Source: Neophaeotheca triangularis (taxonomy: Eukaryota). From it: DNA of 64,000 nt. How positions within the stretch are numbered: the first letter of the stretch is position 1; every line of letters begins with the position of its first letter. Positions 21,875 to 35,223 of the stretch are shown here, one piece after another. The position numbers were made by a program, and so were the translations under genes. Below the pieces are notes generated by a model that was given only the letters and a program-made list of their open reading frames with translations, was not told where the DNA came from and ran no database searches. The DNA lies in contig BAAIJX010000042.1 of the NCBI GenBank assembly GCA_054600435.1, positions 124,001 to 188,000 of the forward strand. The letters are read 5' to 3'.

Positions 21875-23053
21875 CTAAATCTCGTCCTCGTAGACGTACT
21901 GGACCTCGCACTCCCCGGCATTCTCGTTGTTGGGTGGGTACTCGGCTGGCGGGGCGTTGCCGGTGCCGACGGGAACAGCTGGGCTCGATCCGGTGCCGTA
22001 GACAGGAGCGTAAGAAGATGCGCTGGAGGCGGCTTCAGTGGTCTCGGCGGGGGTTTCGTCGGTTGGGGGGACGTCGGCGGGTTCGGTCGACTCAACGGGA
22101 GCGGCTTCGGTGGTCGAGGGCTCGGCGGCGGGAGTCGACTCGACGGGAGGGCTCTCGGCAGATGGCGTCTCAGCCGGGGCAGATGGCTCGACGGGTGCGA
22201 CCTCGGTGGATGATGGGATCTCGGCGGCAGCAGTGGTTTCAACGGAGGCCTCGTCGTTGGACGGGCTCGGGTTGGCTTCCGCGTCCTCGCTTTCGGTGGG
22301 TGTCTCGCCGGCACGAATGCAGCCGGACTTGTCTGTGAGGGCCTTTGGGCAGGTGACTTGGCGATATTCGACGTCCGGGTTGTCGGCGTTTTCGAAGAAA
22401 TCGCCGAAGCGGAAGTTGCAGCCAGGCTGGAGAGGGGACGCGAGGCTCGAGCAAGTGTCGGTGGTCAGACCGCCGTAGCGCTCACCCCAGCCGTCGGCGG
22501 GTGCGCCCCATTGGTCGGTGCAACCTATCCATGGCTTGTTAGTATGCGTGCGTGCTGGACATTGTTACGACCAGCTCTTACCGTTGAAGATACCGACACC
22601 ACCGCCAGGGATAGCCAAATCGAATTGTCCACCGTCAAGGTCACCACCAGTGTTGGTAGCTTGCACAATCATCTTCTTTCCAGCAATGGAGGTAGTAGTG
22701 AAAGTGAGCTCGTAGCAAGCACAGCACCAGAAGCTCTCATCGCCACCGGGGATGCTGACGGCGGCGAAACCGTAAGCAAGATCCTCGCTCACAGCCCACG
22801 GGCTCTGGTCGGAACACATGTAGGCCTCGCCACCGTCGCAGCCAGAGGCGGCGTTGGCGTCCTCGAGGATGTTGTCGTTGGCATCGCATGTGTTGATTGG
22901 CGACGAAACATCTGCTTTGCCGGGCCAGGCACAGGATCCTTTGCAGCAGTCCCAGTAGCGAGTGGTGCTTCCGGAGCCGGAGGCCTGAGCTGCTGAAAGG
23001 GTAGCGAAACCCGAGGAGAGAGCGAAGAGGGCGAGACTCCTGAGACCGGCCAT
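21875..23053 (-). CDS. GH45 endoglucanase, secreted, 1 intron, acidic P/T/E-rich tail, no CBM1
   Basis: Signal peptide, TTRYWDCCK (catalytic Asp), [19 protein letters not shown] and [11 protein letters not shown]. Intron 22525-22581 restores [35 protein letters not shown]. Stop at 21875-21877 after [13 protein letters not shown]. Confidence 0.92.
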
Positions 23054-24266
23054 CTTTGGGAAGTTTTGCGTTGGTGGGGAGGGGATGATGTTGCTTTCGT
23101 GGGTCGTTGAGGGTCGTTGAGGGTCGTGGAGGACGTTATCTAGCTAGAGTCTATATAGCAAGGGTCTAGGAGATGACGGACGGAGGAGGTAACTGTCAAA
23201 CAGCCAACGGACAACAGCGAGAAGGAGATGATATACTTGACCTCGTCGTGAACAAGCTCATTGATCCGCCTGCCAGGAGAACCTTGGCCAAACACGAGAT
23301 ACTACTCTTAATCAATTACGATTTTCTAGTCATAAGGAGCCCCGTGCTAGGATCCGGTAGTAGTCCAATCTGTGATAATATAAATGAGACCGTCCGACCG
23401 CGGATGCTCGACTTCGTGGCGTGTCTTGAGTCTTGACAATGGTGACACGTGCATGAAGCCACTGAAGAGCCTTTTCCACGGCCAACCTCGCTGAACTTGT
23501 TGAGGAGTCGCAACATGAGCATGTTTCTGTGTAAAGGCGTCCAAAGAAGTCCTCGGAGTGGGAAATGATGATATATGAGGAGATTTGAAGTTCAGATCCT
23601 ACGGTCCTACTTCAGGCTACCTGTGCCGCCGACCAGGTTGATACACGAATCTTCATCTCGCTTAGGACTCGACTGAGACGTGAGCGTTTCATCTTCATCC
23701 GGCGAAGCTTCTGTGTCTCCCCGTTGCACTACTGCATTGGGCAAATGAGACGACGGGGCGACGTCCGAGAGATTGTTCTGGAACTCTCCTACCTGTAGAT
23801 TGCTTGAGGTGGTGTCTATGCGGTTTTTCTGGTTCTGGCAAGAACAACGTGAGGTTTGAAACGACGCCTCGGGTTTCGTTCGGCAAGAGTCGACTTGGCA
23901 ATCGACTTCATCCCTTTTGTCCAGCTCCATACACATTTCAACAAGTATACTCCGGCTACCATCGTTCGAAGTACCCTCGGAGAACTAGCACTCATCGCAC
24001 CAAAGCATTTTCGTAAAGACTGGCTACTGTGTAGCTATCCAGTGTGCCATAACCTCGAATTTGTGGCCTTCGACTTCCGCGCCACAATGAAGAGCCCAGC
24101 AAGCAAAGGAATATCACCCGCATGGCCGTGTCAGTGTTCCAATCCCCCGGCTCTCTTCCAAGTTCTTCCATTCTCCTACACGAATGTACCATCGCAATCC
24201 CAGATACACCGCTCATTTCACGTCGATCGCTCCCATCGGAAGGCCAGATACCCGCTCCCTCACGTC

Positions 24267-25250
<984 letters not shown>

Positions 25251-26623
25251 TGCAATGCAAGGGGGGTCGAAGACGATGATGATGATGGGGAAGTGTGGCT
25301 TTGGTAGTGCTTTGAAGATTCTCCTAATTCTGCAAATGCAGGAAGATGCTTTTATGCTTTTCCGCTGCTGTGAGATAGCATTGCAATGCTCTTGAACTCG
25401 CTATAGAGCCTGAAGACGCGGGAAAAGGACTTGTAATCTCTTCAGTTACAAGGGCCCGTCTCGCTTTTATTAAGCTTGTGATCGTGTGACACTGCCATTC
25501 AGCCAGGGCTTCTTCTCCGGGCTCGTAGTACCTCATTCGATGCGCTATGCCATTACCCGGGCCGTACCTGAGTACTCCTTGAAGGTCAAGCATATGTCAG
25601 GTAAGGTCTGGGATCGAAAGCAACCAACCCCGGAGCGCACGCTTATGTAGCAAGTGGCTGAAGCAGCTTTCGCATCGACTTTACCAGAGTCAGGAAAGCC
25701 ACCTCTCAAGTGGAATCCAACATCCACTACCACAGAGAAAGTTAACCTAAAGCCAAATCGGGTCAAGCATGATGCGTATATATACCCGGAGAAGAAGATA
25801 CCTCTTCCCACCACCAACCCAGAAAAGAAGCAAAACCACCACCGGACCGACCTTTCTCTCAGAAGCGTCAAACCCACAACAACAACTAACCGGGTCTCTC
25901 GCGAACCCCTCAAGCTCAGCTCTACACAACAGCTGCCTCGCATCCACCGCGAAGCGTTCTCAAGTACCATCACGGGGGGTAGGAAGAACTTTCCAAGACC
26001 CCGAGTTCAATATTACCCGCTCCCGGAAGGGAAGGGGAAAGCTCACGTCGACGTTTGAGTGCTGGAGACTTTTTGAAATGAAAGCCATAAAGCACGAAGA
26101 CATGGGGTAGGCCAGGTGACACGAGTAACACTGTTCACGAGCTGTCGCGAGAGTGGTTTGAAAGGTATGTAGTCGAGTCGACCACTGAGATGCACCCAGG
26201 GGGGAAGGAGGGGTCGTATTTTGCCTAAAAGCGATGGGGGTTGGCTGTCTCGGGAGATCTACAGCCATCCATGGGAGATGAGCTCGGCGGGTTGGGACCG
26301 CCCGGGGACTTGCAGCAGCGTGGGAGGTCGAGAGGCTTGGGTTGGCTTGTCCAGGATGCTATGCTCGCCGGAAAAATGGAGGGATTGAAGCCTTACATTT
26401 TCCCCAATTGTGGGAAGGACGTTGGCTTGGCTATGGTTGAGCGAGTGATGGCTATTCTGATGGAGAGGTTTGTGAAAGGCATTGGCAGTAAGGGAAGGGG
26501 GAACTATCCCGGGTTCCGAAACGGGTAAGACGCACTTTTTTACTTCTATATCGTAATGGATCAATGGCATCCGCCAAGCCACGGGGTATCTTACAAAAAA
26601 ACACGTATCCCTATGATCCCACC

Positions 26624-27988
26624 TCACCTCGTCCAGCCCTTGGGCCCCGCCCACGTCCCCTTGACCATGGACTGGTAGTAAACCCACGGGAAGAAATCCT
26701 TTTTCAAGTGGTAAAAAGCACGGCGCGGCGTTCCCTGATCGACAAAGCGCCCAAAAGTCTCATGCGGTTTCCCGCCGTACGCGAACTCGGCGAGCATCAC
26801 TTTGCCGTATTCTGTCAACAGCGGGCACGAAGTGTAGCCGTTATAAGTCTCCGCGGGCGTCTTGTCTTGCAACGCGTTCAGCAGGTTGGAGACCATGACG
26901 GGCGCTTGAGCGGTGATGGCGGCCGCGGTCTTGGAAGTTGGTAAGCTGGAAGCGTCGCCGAGGGACCAGACGTTGGGGTAGGTTTTGTGTTGGAGGGTGT
27001 TGTCGTGCACGTCGACGAAGCCGGCTTCGTTGGCGAGCTTGCTGCTCTTGATGAAGGCGTGGGGACCCATTTTTGGGGTCGCGTGGAGCAGGTCGAAGTG
27101 CTTTTTTATTTGCTGGCCGTCGGGTCGCGCGAGAGTGGCGGTGTTTCCTTCGATGGCTACGAGGTCGTGTTGGAAGAGTCCTTCGACGCCTCTTTGGACG
27201 CGGAGCTCTTCAAGTCTTTGGCTGTATTTGGGGACGCCGAACATGACAGGCATGCCTGTTGCGAAGCTGATTTGGATCGGAGATGCGGAGGCCTTTTCGG
27301 GATTATAGACGCCAGCTCGCTTCCACCCATCTAGTGCTAGCCACATGATCTTTTGAGGGGCTCCGGCGCATTTGACCGGGCCTGCGGGGTGAGTGAACAG
27401 AGCCTGGCCTTTGCCGAAGTCTGCAAGGTTGCGGGAGGTCTTGTCGCACGTGTCGTAGCTGTAGATGGAAGACACCGGCGCGTGGGGATCGGAAACGGCA
27501 TCTTGAAGGCCGGCAATACTGTTGAAGTCGACCTTAATGCCCGGGCAGACCACAAGGTGCTCGTAGTTGATGTGGGTACCGTTGCCGAGGGAAAGAGAGT
27601 GCTCATCAGGAGTAAAGCCCTGCACTTGCTCGTTGTAGAAGCGCACTTTCGGATCAACCATATCGCCCAGCTTCTTCTTCAAGTCTTCTTTGTTCTTGAG
27701 ACCTCCTCCTACCAGGGTCCAGCCGGGTTGGTAGTGGTGCCATTCAGCCGGATCGACAAGGGCAATGTCCTTCTCCACGAAGCGCCCCGAGCGGAGCAGT
27801 TGGTTGCTGACGGTGAGACCGGCACTTCCTCCGCCAACAATGACTACCTTGTGGTTGTTGGAACTCGAGCTCACGGGGTGGGCGGAATCGACGACGGAAG
27901 CGAAGGATCGAGACGGCTGGGAGCTCGAGGCGCGAGCGATTGAGCGCGCCGCCAGGGATTGGGGTCGAAGACACGGGCGCAGAGACAT
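26624..27988 (-). CDS. Mitochondrial sulfide:quinone oxidoreductase (SQOR/Hmt2 type)
   Basis: Presequence-like N-terminus, FAD motif VVIVGGGSAG, HHYQPGWTLVGGG, the two catalytic Cys motifs KCAGAPQK and YNGYTSCPL, GDASSLPTSKTAAA. Confidence 0.93.
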   Translation of the reverse strand: MSLRPCLRPQSLAARSIARASSSQPSRSFASVVDSAHPVSSSSNNHKVVIVGGGSAGLTVSNQLLRSGRFVEKDIALVDPAEWHHYQPGWTLVGGGLKNKEDLKKKLGDMVDPKVRFYNEQVQGFTPDEHSLSLGNGTHINYEHLVVCPGIKVDFNSIAGLQDAVSDPHAPVSSIYSYDTCDKTSRNLADFGKGQALFTHPAGPVKCAGAPQKIMWLALDGWKRAGVYNPEKASASPIQISFATGMPVMFGVPKYSQRLEELRVQRGVEGLFQHDLVAIEGNTATLARPDGQQIKKHFDLLHATPKMGPHAFIKSSKLANEAGFVDVHDNTLQHKTYPNVWSLGDASSLPTSKTAAAITAQAPVMVSNLLNALQDKTPAETYNGYTSCPLLTEYGKVMLAEFAYGGKPHETFGRFVDQGTPRRAFYHLKKDFFPWVYYQSMVKGTWAGPKGWTR

Positions 27989-28510
27989 GGTGGGAGTTTG
28001 CCTTTATATGTGCTAGAGCGATGGTAGTCCGACGGGCTCACCAGCTTCACGTACAAAGAAAAAGATGCCCTCGCTTCGGTGATTCGGCGCAGCTCACGCC
28101 GATTCGTACAGCAGACGCCGTTCAGTTCCGACCGCACCTTTGTCTGTCGTTCAAGAAAACACAACCAGTCTTGTATTCGAACCTGCGACGAAGAGCATTC
28201 GCGTGGAGGGCTCAGATACGATAATATCGTGTCGTCTCTGTGTAGACAGCAGTACAATACGGCCACATCAGGTCGGCAGTTGCCATCTACCTTCACACAT
28301 TTCTCGCTAACAAAACGCGAAGCCGACGCCAACCAAAAGCTACAAAGCACCCAAGGAGCATCGCCCCGGAAACAAGGAGAAAAGTATACAAAATTAACTT
28401 GCGCAAGTAGCATCAAGCCGACGAGAAGAAAAAAGCCATAAAACGCCGCCACCCACCCACGCTGCAAAAGCTCTCAAGGCAAAATCTCCCCAAGCCAACA
28501 CACAAACGCT

Positions 28511-30752
28511 CTACCCAAACCGTTCAATCTCCTTCCCAAACCTCTCCTTAACCGCGGCGCGGTTCAACTTCTGTGCATTCGTCAGGAACCCCGTTTGCGG
28601 CGTCCAATCCTGCTCACTCATGACAACATCCTGTATAATCTCTATCCCTTGCAATCCATTGCGCTTGCCCACGGCGACCATGTCCTTGAGAACCGCGGCG
28701 CGCACTTTGTCATCGCGGCAGAGTTCTGCATGCGTTGAGCTCTGGAGTCCGCAGTCGGCGCCGATTTTCTGCAGAGCTGGGGGCGAAGGGTCGATGATGG
28801 CGAGGGGCCGGGCTTGGGTTGGGGAGGCGTAGATGCAGATTTGGGCTACGACTGCGGAGGCGCGGTAGAGGGATTCGAGCTGGGCGGGAGGAGTTGGTTA
28901 GTTGAATGGTGGGATGTGTTGGGTATTTCAAGCGCTGTTTTTACCTTTTCCAACGCGATGTATTCGCCGTTTAGAGTTTTGACGAGGTTCTTCTTACGGT
29001 CGATGATCTTGAGTTGCCCGGTAGAGTCGAAGAGGCCAATGTCGCCGGTTTTAAACCAGCCGTCTTGGAATGCTGAAGCGGTTTCTTCTGGGTTGTTGAA
29101 GTAGCCTTCGATGACCGCGCCGCCGCGGATCCAGACTTCGCCCTTGGGTGGGTTTGAAGAGGTCGAGTAGCCGAGGTCGGGCACGTCGACGAGCTTGACT
29201 TCGACCGATGCTTCCATCATGCCGGTGTTGGAGGTCGTCCAGGCTAGGGGGTCATTGATCGCGCCCATACTGCTGTTGTTAGTTTCCGAATGCCTGAATA
29301 ACAGGACGAAGCAACTCACCCAGCAGTCTCCGTCAACCCATACCCGCCAATCATCGGACAGATAGAGAAAGAGACGAAACGCGCAGTCGCTTCAGCAATC
29401 TGACCACCGCCATTGAGTACAAGCCTAAGATTGCCACCTGTCGCCTCCTTGATCTTGTTAAAAACAAGCGAATCCAAAAGGCCCGAGCCAGGCCAACCAC
29501 GCCCCATCAAGTTTTCCTTCAAGCCTAAAGCTCCCCAGAAGACCTTGTTCTTCATAGACCCAGCCGGGCCGACTTTGCCCAGAATCCCTTTCTTCACAGA
29601 CTCCCATACGGCCGGCACACCGACCATGATTTCCGGCTTGAAAGCCCGAATATCGCCTGCGCAGTTGCGCACAGCCGCATCGGTCAGAGTGCGCGGACTA
29701 CCGTAACCCATGACACCGCCCCAATACAACGTGCCGTTTTCGAAAACAAATTCGATGATGTGGGCCAGGGGCAAGTACGTCAGCATTCGTGCGCGGTAGA
29801 GGTGCTCGCCAACGATGGGCTGGACGCCGGCGATGGCTGCGACAATATTGCTGTGCTTGAGCATAACGCCCTTGGGCGCGCCAGTGCTGCCAGACGTGTA
29901 CATGATACAGGCGAGGTCGCTGGCGGTTGGCGGGACGGGTTCGAAGGGCTCGGCTTCCGAGGAGGAGAGAAATTCCGTGTAGCTTTGCACGGACATATTT
30001 GGGTGCGCTTGGTGGAGGTCCTCGATGTGCTGGGTATTGACTGGTTGAGGGGCGGAGTCATTGTAGATCATGGCGCTGATAGCTAGACCTTCGTCGAGAG
30101 CTCTGCTGACGGCGGGAATCAATGCTGGGTCTAGGAAGATTGCCTTGGCTCCGGTTTGCTTGAGCGAGTGGGAGAGCCCCTCAGGACCAAGGGTGTCGTA
30201 TGCAGTCACGATTGTCATGCTCTGAGATCCAATTCCTATTGACTGTTAGCGTGGCATGCAGTGCATTACAGACGAAGCTTACACACCGTGCGCAACGGTA
30301 AACCAAAAGGCAGAAGTTGCCGCATAGATCTCAACCCGATCATGTGCTTCCAGTCCGAGTTTCCTCAAACCAGAGCCAACACGAAGGGCATTTCGTTCGA
30401 GGTCTTCGAACGTCTCGTAGGAGTAGTCGGACAACTCGTAAGCGGTCCATGGCTTTTCGACCATGCCACCCTTGCCATCCGAGACCTTTTTGTTCTCGAC
30501 ATGGGTCTTGACCACTTTACGAGATCCCAGTGAAGGGGCCTTGCCGAATTTGCTAGCACTGTTGCGGAGGATGTCGAACACTGTAGTTATGTTTGGCTCC
30601 GGTTGGTAGATGAGCTCCTTTTTCGCGTTGGGATGTCTCCGGGGTATCGTCTCGCCATCGACTTTAGTGGCGCCATCTGCTTCGACGGTGTAGGGGCCAG
30701 ACCTAGTATTTTTCGGCTTGAGCGGCGTCCGCTGTGGTCGTGAGCTGGCCAT
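28511..30752 (-). CDS. Long-chain fatty acyl-CoA synthetase, Faa1/Faa4-like (3 introns)
   Basis: AMP-binding IMYTSGSTGAPKGV, YLPLAHIIE, GYGLTET, FACS signature DGWFKTGDIG...LKIIDRKKNLVKTLNGEYIALEKLES. Introns near 30236-30286, 29270-29319 and 28880-28944 splice in frame. Confidence 0.92.
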
Positions 30753-32050
30753 TCTGCAGCAAGGTTGTTGTGGATATATTTGTGGAGAGCACGGGGGTAC
30801 TGTATTATTATTGTTGTGACTGCCGCCTGCCTACTGTACCTTGAGTACTAGCAGGTACCTACCTTACCTCTTCGGCCGAGAAAGCTGCCAATCTTGGAAC
30901 GGTTGGACAGGACAAAGCAGAGGCGCGCTCGTACCTACACAAGGTAATAAATGATGATGCGAGGTCACGCTCTCCTCCCATTATTGTCGGGTGGCTAGGT
31001 GCTTTGTTTACGATCCGACATGTTCGTCAAAAGACTCAAAGACGCTTGGCACGCGGCGTCGACGCTGATAGGTGTTCCAGCTTCCAAGAGTCGGCGGCCA
31101 TGGCTTTGCATCGCGTGAGCAAGTGTGCGGCGGGCGGCGTGGTTGTGCCATTATCATCTTATTATTATTATTGTGGTGGTGGGCATGGTGCAGTAGTGCA
31201 GGTAGTGGCACACGACACACAAAGTCTTGACTGGGCAAGGTTTGGCGAGTTTGGCTCAATTGGATCGAAGGCGGGCGGGCATGGAAGACATTGGAAGGGG
31301 GAAGGGGGAAGGGCCAAGGGAGGTCGGCCAAGTGACAAGTCGCGTCCAGGACTGCATGTGGTGGTTTAGACCCACATTCCATTCCATTTCGGGAATGGTC
31401 CTCTTACATCTATCTCGCTTCCCCAAAGCCACAACTTCACCTCTCTTCTCGCCCGCACCGGAGAGACCGGCGAGCCTTACTGTATGAAAGTACTATCGCT
31501 GTGACATTATTGACTTCACGTATCGAGAATCGCTACAAGTGTACAAATCGGCAACATCAAGGACCGGCAATCTATCCCTCGGGACCGACCGATCAGGGAC
31601 AATCTTCGTCCGGCATGCAGAGCTCGACTCCCGCCGATCCAATGGCGAACGCAGCCCCGTCTACAATTCCTCAGAATGCTACCCCGAGAGCGTCGTTCGT
31701 CCGACAAATCCCTCAGGGCTGACATGTCGCTCCAACCAGTTGAGCAGGTCCCGCACCCGCAGCAAGAAGCCCCTGAATGCCCTCTTCCGGCAAGAAAAAA
31801 GGAATATGCACAGCACGGGCGTCTGACATGTCAATGCATCACATTCTCCATTGCATGACCTCGGTCAGACCAGCAGTTGCTCGCCATACCAATTGGTGAA
31901 ATGTTTACCGAGATGCTGCTGGGGAGTCTGCGGCTGTGCCGATGTGGCTTACCCGGAGCCATTGGGCACTTTGTCAGACGTACAGCGTAGTTAAGATTCA
32001 TGTACCCATCGTAGGCCACGTTGTTCCTTTTCCAACATCTAATCGACAGA

Positions 32051-33299
32051 ATGGGTAGTTTCCAGGATTACCACAAGGACACAAAGCCAGGCTTGGGGCT
32101 GTATTTGACAGGCATAGGATCGCAATACCCACCATATCTTTGGGGACCGGAGAAGCTGGAAGAGATAGCTGCTCGCTATCACGACACTCGCAATCAGAGC
32201 ATTCTGAAATTGCTTCAGATGAACAGGAACACGGGCATCCAGACGAGGTCCTCTATTTTGACACTGGACGAGGCACTAGGAACCGAGAGTGTACTGCCTT
32301 CGATTGTCGATGTAGATGGCCTCTTCCGTGTCGAAGGCGTGAACCTTGCCGTCGGGGCTTGCGAGAAGGCCTTGGGTGAATGGGGAGGTCGCAAGAAAGA
32401 AATTACGCACACTGTGGCAGTGACTTGCACTAATCAAGGCAACCCTGGATACGACTTGCTCGTTTGTCGGCAGCTCGGTCTCAGCTCGGAGGTCGATCGA
32501 ACGTTACTCCATGGCGTGGGATGCGCTGGCGGTCTCTCCATCCTGCGCACGGCAGCTCAGATTGCTTTGGGCGCCACTGCTCGAGGCAAGCCGGCCCGTA
32601 TTATTGCGTTTGCTTGTGAACTTTGCACACCGACGGCTCGGGGTGAGCTTGTTGCAGTCGAGGCAACGCCACCTAAAGAAGTTGGACCGGCCGGGGCGCT
32701 GTTCTCGGACGGCGCAGCTGCGTTCGTTCTCTGCAATAAGCTGGGCCTTGAGCCCTCGAGTGATCCTTTATTCGAGTTGCTGACGTGGAAAAGTGTCCTT
32801 CTGCCCGGCACCATCGAGCACATGTCCTACGTCTCAGGGCCGTACGGTAGGCTGCTTCAAGAAACTCCCCACCCCCGTATACCGCTAACAGGCTCCAGGC
32901 AACCGTACATTTCTGTCCCGGAGCGTCTCTGGGTTCGCGCAACAGGCCGCCAAGCAGCTCTACGACGAGTTGGTGCAGAATGACGTAGCATGCCTCCGCC
33001 TTACGAGCGAAGGCAATCCAGATTGGGCCCTCCACCCTGGCGGGCAAGCTGTCATCGACGGTATCCAAGAATCTATGCACCTCAGCGACCACCAGCTACG
33101 AGCGACTAAGGAAATCTACAAGACACGCGGTAACTCCTCGAGCTCGACAGTTCTGATTGTCTTGGACAGACTGCGGGCCATGGGACCAGTGGCTGATCAC
33201 GTCGTGGCCTGTTCTTTTGGCCCAGGGTTGACGGTCGAGATGGCGGTGCTGGAGCGCCACCAAAAGTCGCCAGTGGCTTGTCTCCACACTTCTGTCTGA
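32051..33299 (+). CDS. Fungal type III polyketide synthase (chalcone-synthase-like), 1 intron, 398 aa
   Basis: Complete triad: Cys (LHGVGCAGG), His (WALHPGG), Asn (GNSSS). Also ALFSDGAAAFVL and SFGPGLTVE. Intron 32847-32898 (GTAGGC..GCTAAC..CTCCAG) joins ORFs 32021 and 32970 in frame. Confidence 0.92.
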
Positions 33300-33837
33300 G
33301 TGTTACTCTTTTGAAGGCTGCCTTATCAAAGAAACAACCAGTGTCTCTTTTTTTGTGAGCTGTTGCGCGGTAGAAGGGCTAGGTGATCAATTCTCCCATG
33401 TTACGAATGTATCACTCGCCAACTCCAGCTGATAGTTCTGTAGGCTTCATCATGATTCCAAGGCAAAGACACATTTCCCTGCAGTCTTTGAATACAATGT
33501 CAGCTATATAATTCGTCATGAAGGCAAATTAACCACAACCGAAGTTCGAGGAGAAAACATCACATCGTGTCGTTGATTAGTGCTTTCCGATGTAGCTCTG
33601 GCCACATTGGGTGTTAGCGTGGTAGCGTGCCTTGGCAAACAAGCCTTCTGGTTTGGACGACATCTGCATCTTTCTCCTACACACAATCCTCTAACCGCCG
33701 AATGTTCAAGTCAGTCATTGCTGGTCTGACGAGCTCCAATGTTGATCGAGCCGCCGTCCGGAAGCACGGCTCACCGTCCTGATCTATCCAGAAGCTCGAG
33801 CGTCAGATAGCCTCCCACCAGTGCTGATCAGACCATC

Positions 33838-34524
33838 ATGGAAAATGCAGCCTCATCCAACCGCACTTTTCACTTCTTGGAGCAGTTTCCCGCCGGGTAG
33901 CGTGTCGAGATCTATCGCCATGTCATCCGTACACATGGGAGTTCGCATGGGTGGACGCTGTGTGCGAAGCCTAAACTGCCAGCCATCCGTGCCACTTCTC
34001 ATCAGGTCAGAGCCAAAGCTTTACCAATCTACTTCAGCGAGACAAGCTTTTCGGTCAGGGTTACCTGGAACCATCATGCGAGAAAACCGTGTCCATTTTG
34101 TCCACAATGTTTGGGTGGACATTGCTCTGAACAAAGAAGTCAGCGACTTCTACGAGCGGGTCGGCAATAAGGCCATTTTCCGCGATGCCAGCTTTGGCGC
34201 TTTCTGGAGTTATCCATACGGGTCCAAGCATCACGAAGCCAGCACAGCCAGTGAGTTAATGTCGTGCGAGTGGTACCCCTCCGCGTCAAGCTGTCTCGAT
34301 CATAGCAGCTACCGGCATTGATCGATCGCTCAAAGCTCATCAAATGTGAGAAGTGTCGCCGTCAATGCACGTCTATCAGTGCAGCGGTTCGCCGTTTGAC
34401 CTTCTCTATAAGCGAGCGTGAAGGTTTCAACGGATTCTCAATGGCAGACCTTTGGGCTGTCGGGAAAACTTACGCCATGGCCTGGGATGAATGGGTATGT
34501 ATTCGACTCCTTTACCTGTACTGA
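33838..34524 (+). pseudogene. Disrupted gene with N-terminal F-box-like motif, paralog of 35224-35782
   Basis: From ATG 33838: MENAASSNRTFHFLEQFPAG*RVEIYRHVIR...PAIRATSHQVRAKALPIYFSETSF, with TAG at 33898. Homology then shifts frame to KAIFRDASF and later ISEREGFNGFSMADL. Confidence 0.65.
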
Positions 34525-35223
34525 ATTTGTGTTGGGTCTGACGATACACTCTTCCAGGCATAGACAGCCCTTCGTACGGCAATAATGCCTCTTATCCCTC
34601 GTTTGCCTTGCCGGTTTTGCCTGTCTTGCTTATCTTGTTCGGCTCGATGTAGCTATTGAGAGGGCGTCGAATGTGCAGCGAGGGGGGTATGGGTGTAGGT
34701 GGACTGGTGTCTGTGCGATGTCGTAGCTACGCTGGCAAGTCGAGAAGTCTCCGCGCTCTTTCTGGTCTCAACAACCTGCTAATACCTTGTAGCTGCTTCT
34801 AGATATCTCTGTATCCTGATACAGCGCTGCGAGTAGCCACTGTAGTCTCTTCTGCGGAGGGCATTACCATGCATTGTCTCCACCTGCCACACCTGCTCCG
34901 ATATGGTCTGTTGAACGGTGATGAGACGGTTTTGCATGCGCAGCTCACATACAGGGTGGTTACGTTACCTAGGCAATGACGACGAGAACCTGCTCAAGAT
35001 GGCGCATTGGTACGTGCTAGCCGGATTAGTCCTCACATTCACGTAGCCTCACGCAGTAGGGTGGGGGGGGTCAGGGGAGTCATGGCGTGGCCGCACCAAA
35101 ATCGTCTTTTCGAATTCCTACAGCCTTCCACCTTTAACCCAACTCGACCACCAAACCCACACCTTCTTCACCATAGAACGCCATCCTCAAACTACATCTC
35201 CTCCACACGACAATACCGCCGAC

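Noticed and set aside
25590..26530. Possible gene built from ORFs 25654-26058 and 26241-26528
   Set aside because: No recognisable motif and no convincing splice path around the stops; at most a relic.
33605..33660. tRNA-like 5' end (GGGTGTTAGCGTGGTAGCG)
   Set aside because: No T-loop GTTC motif and no cloverleaf.
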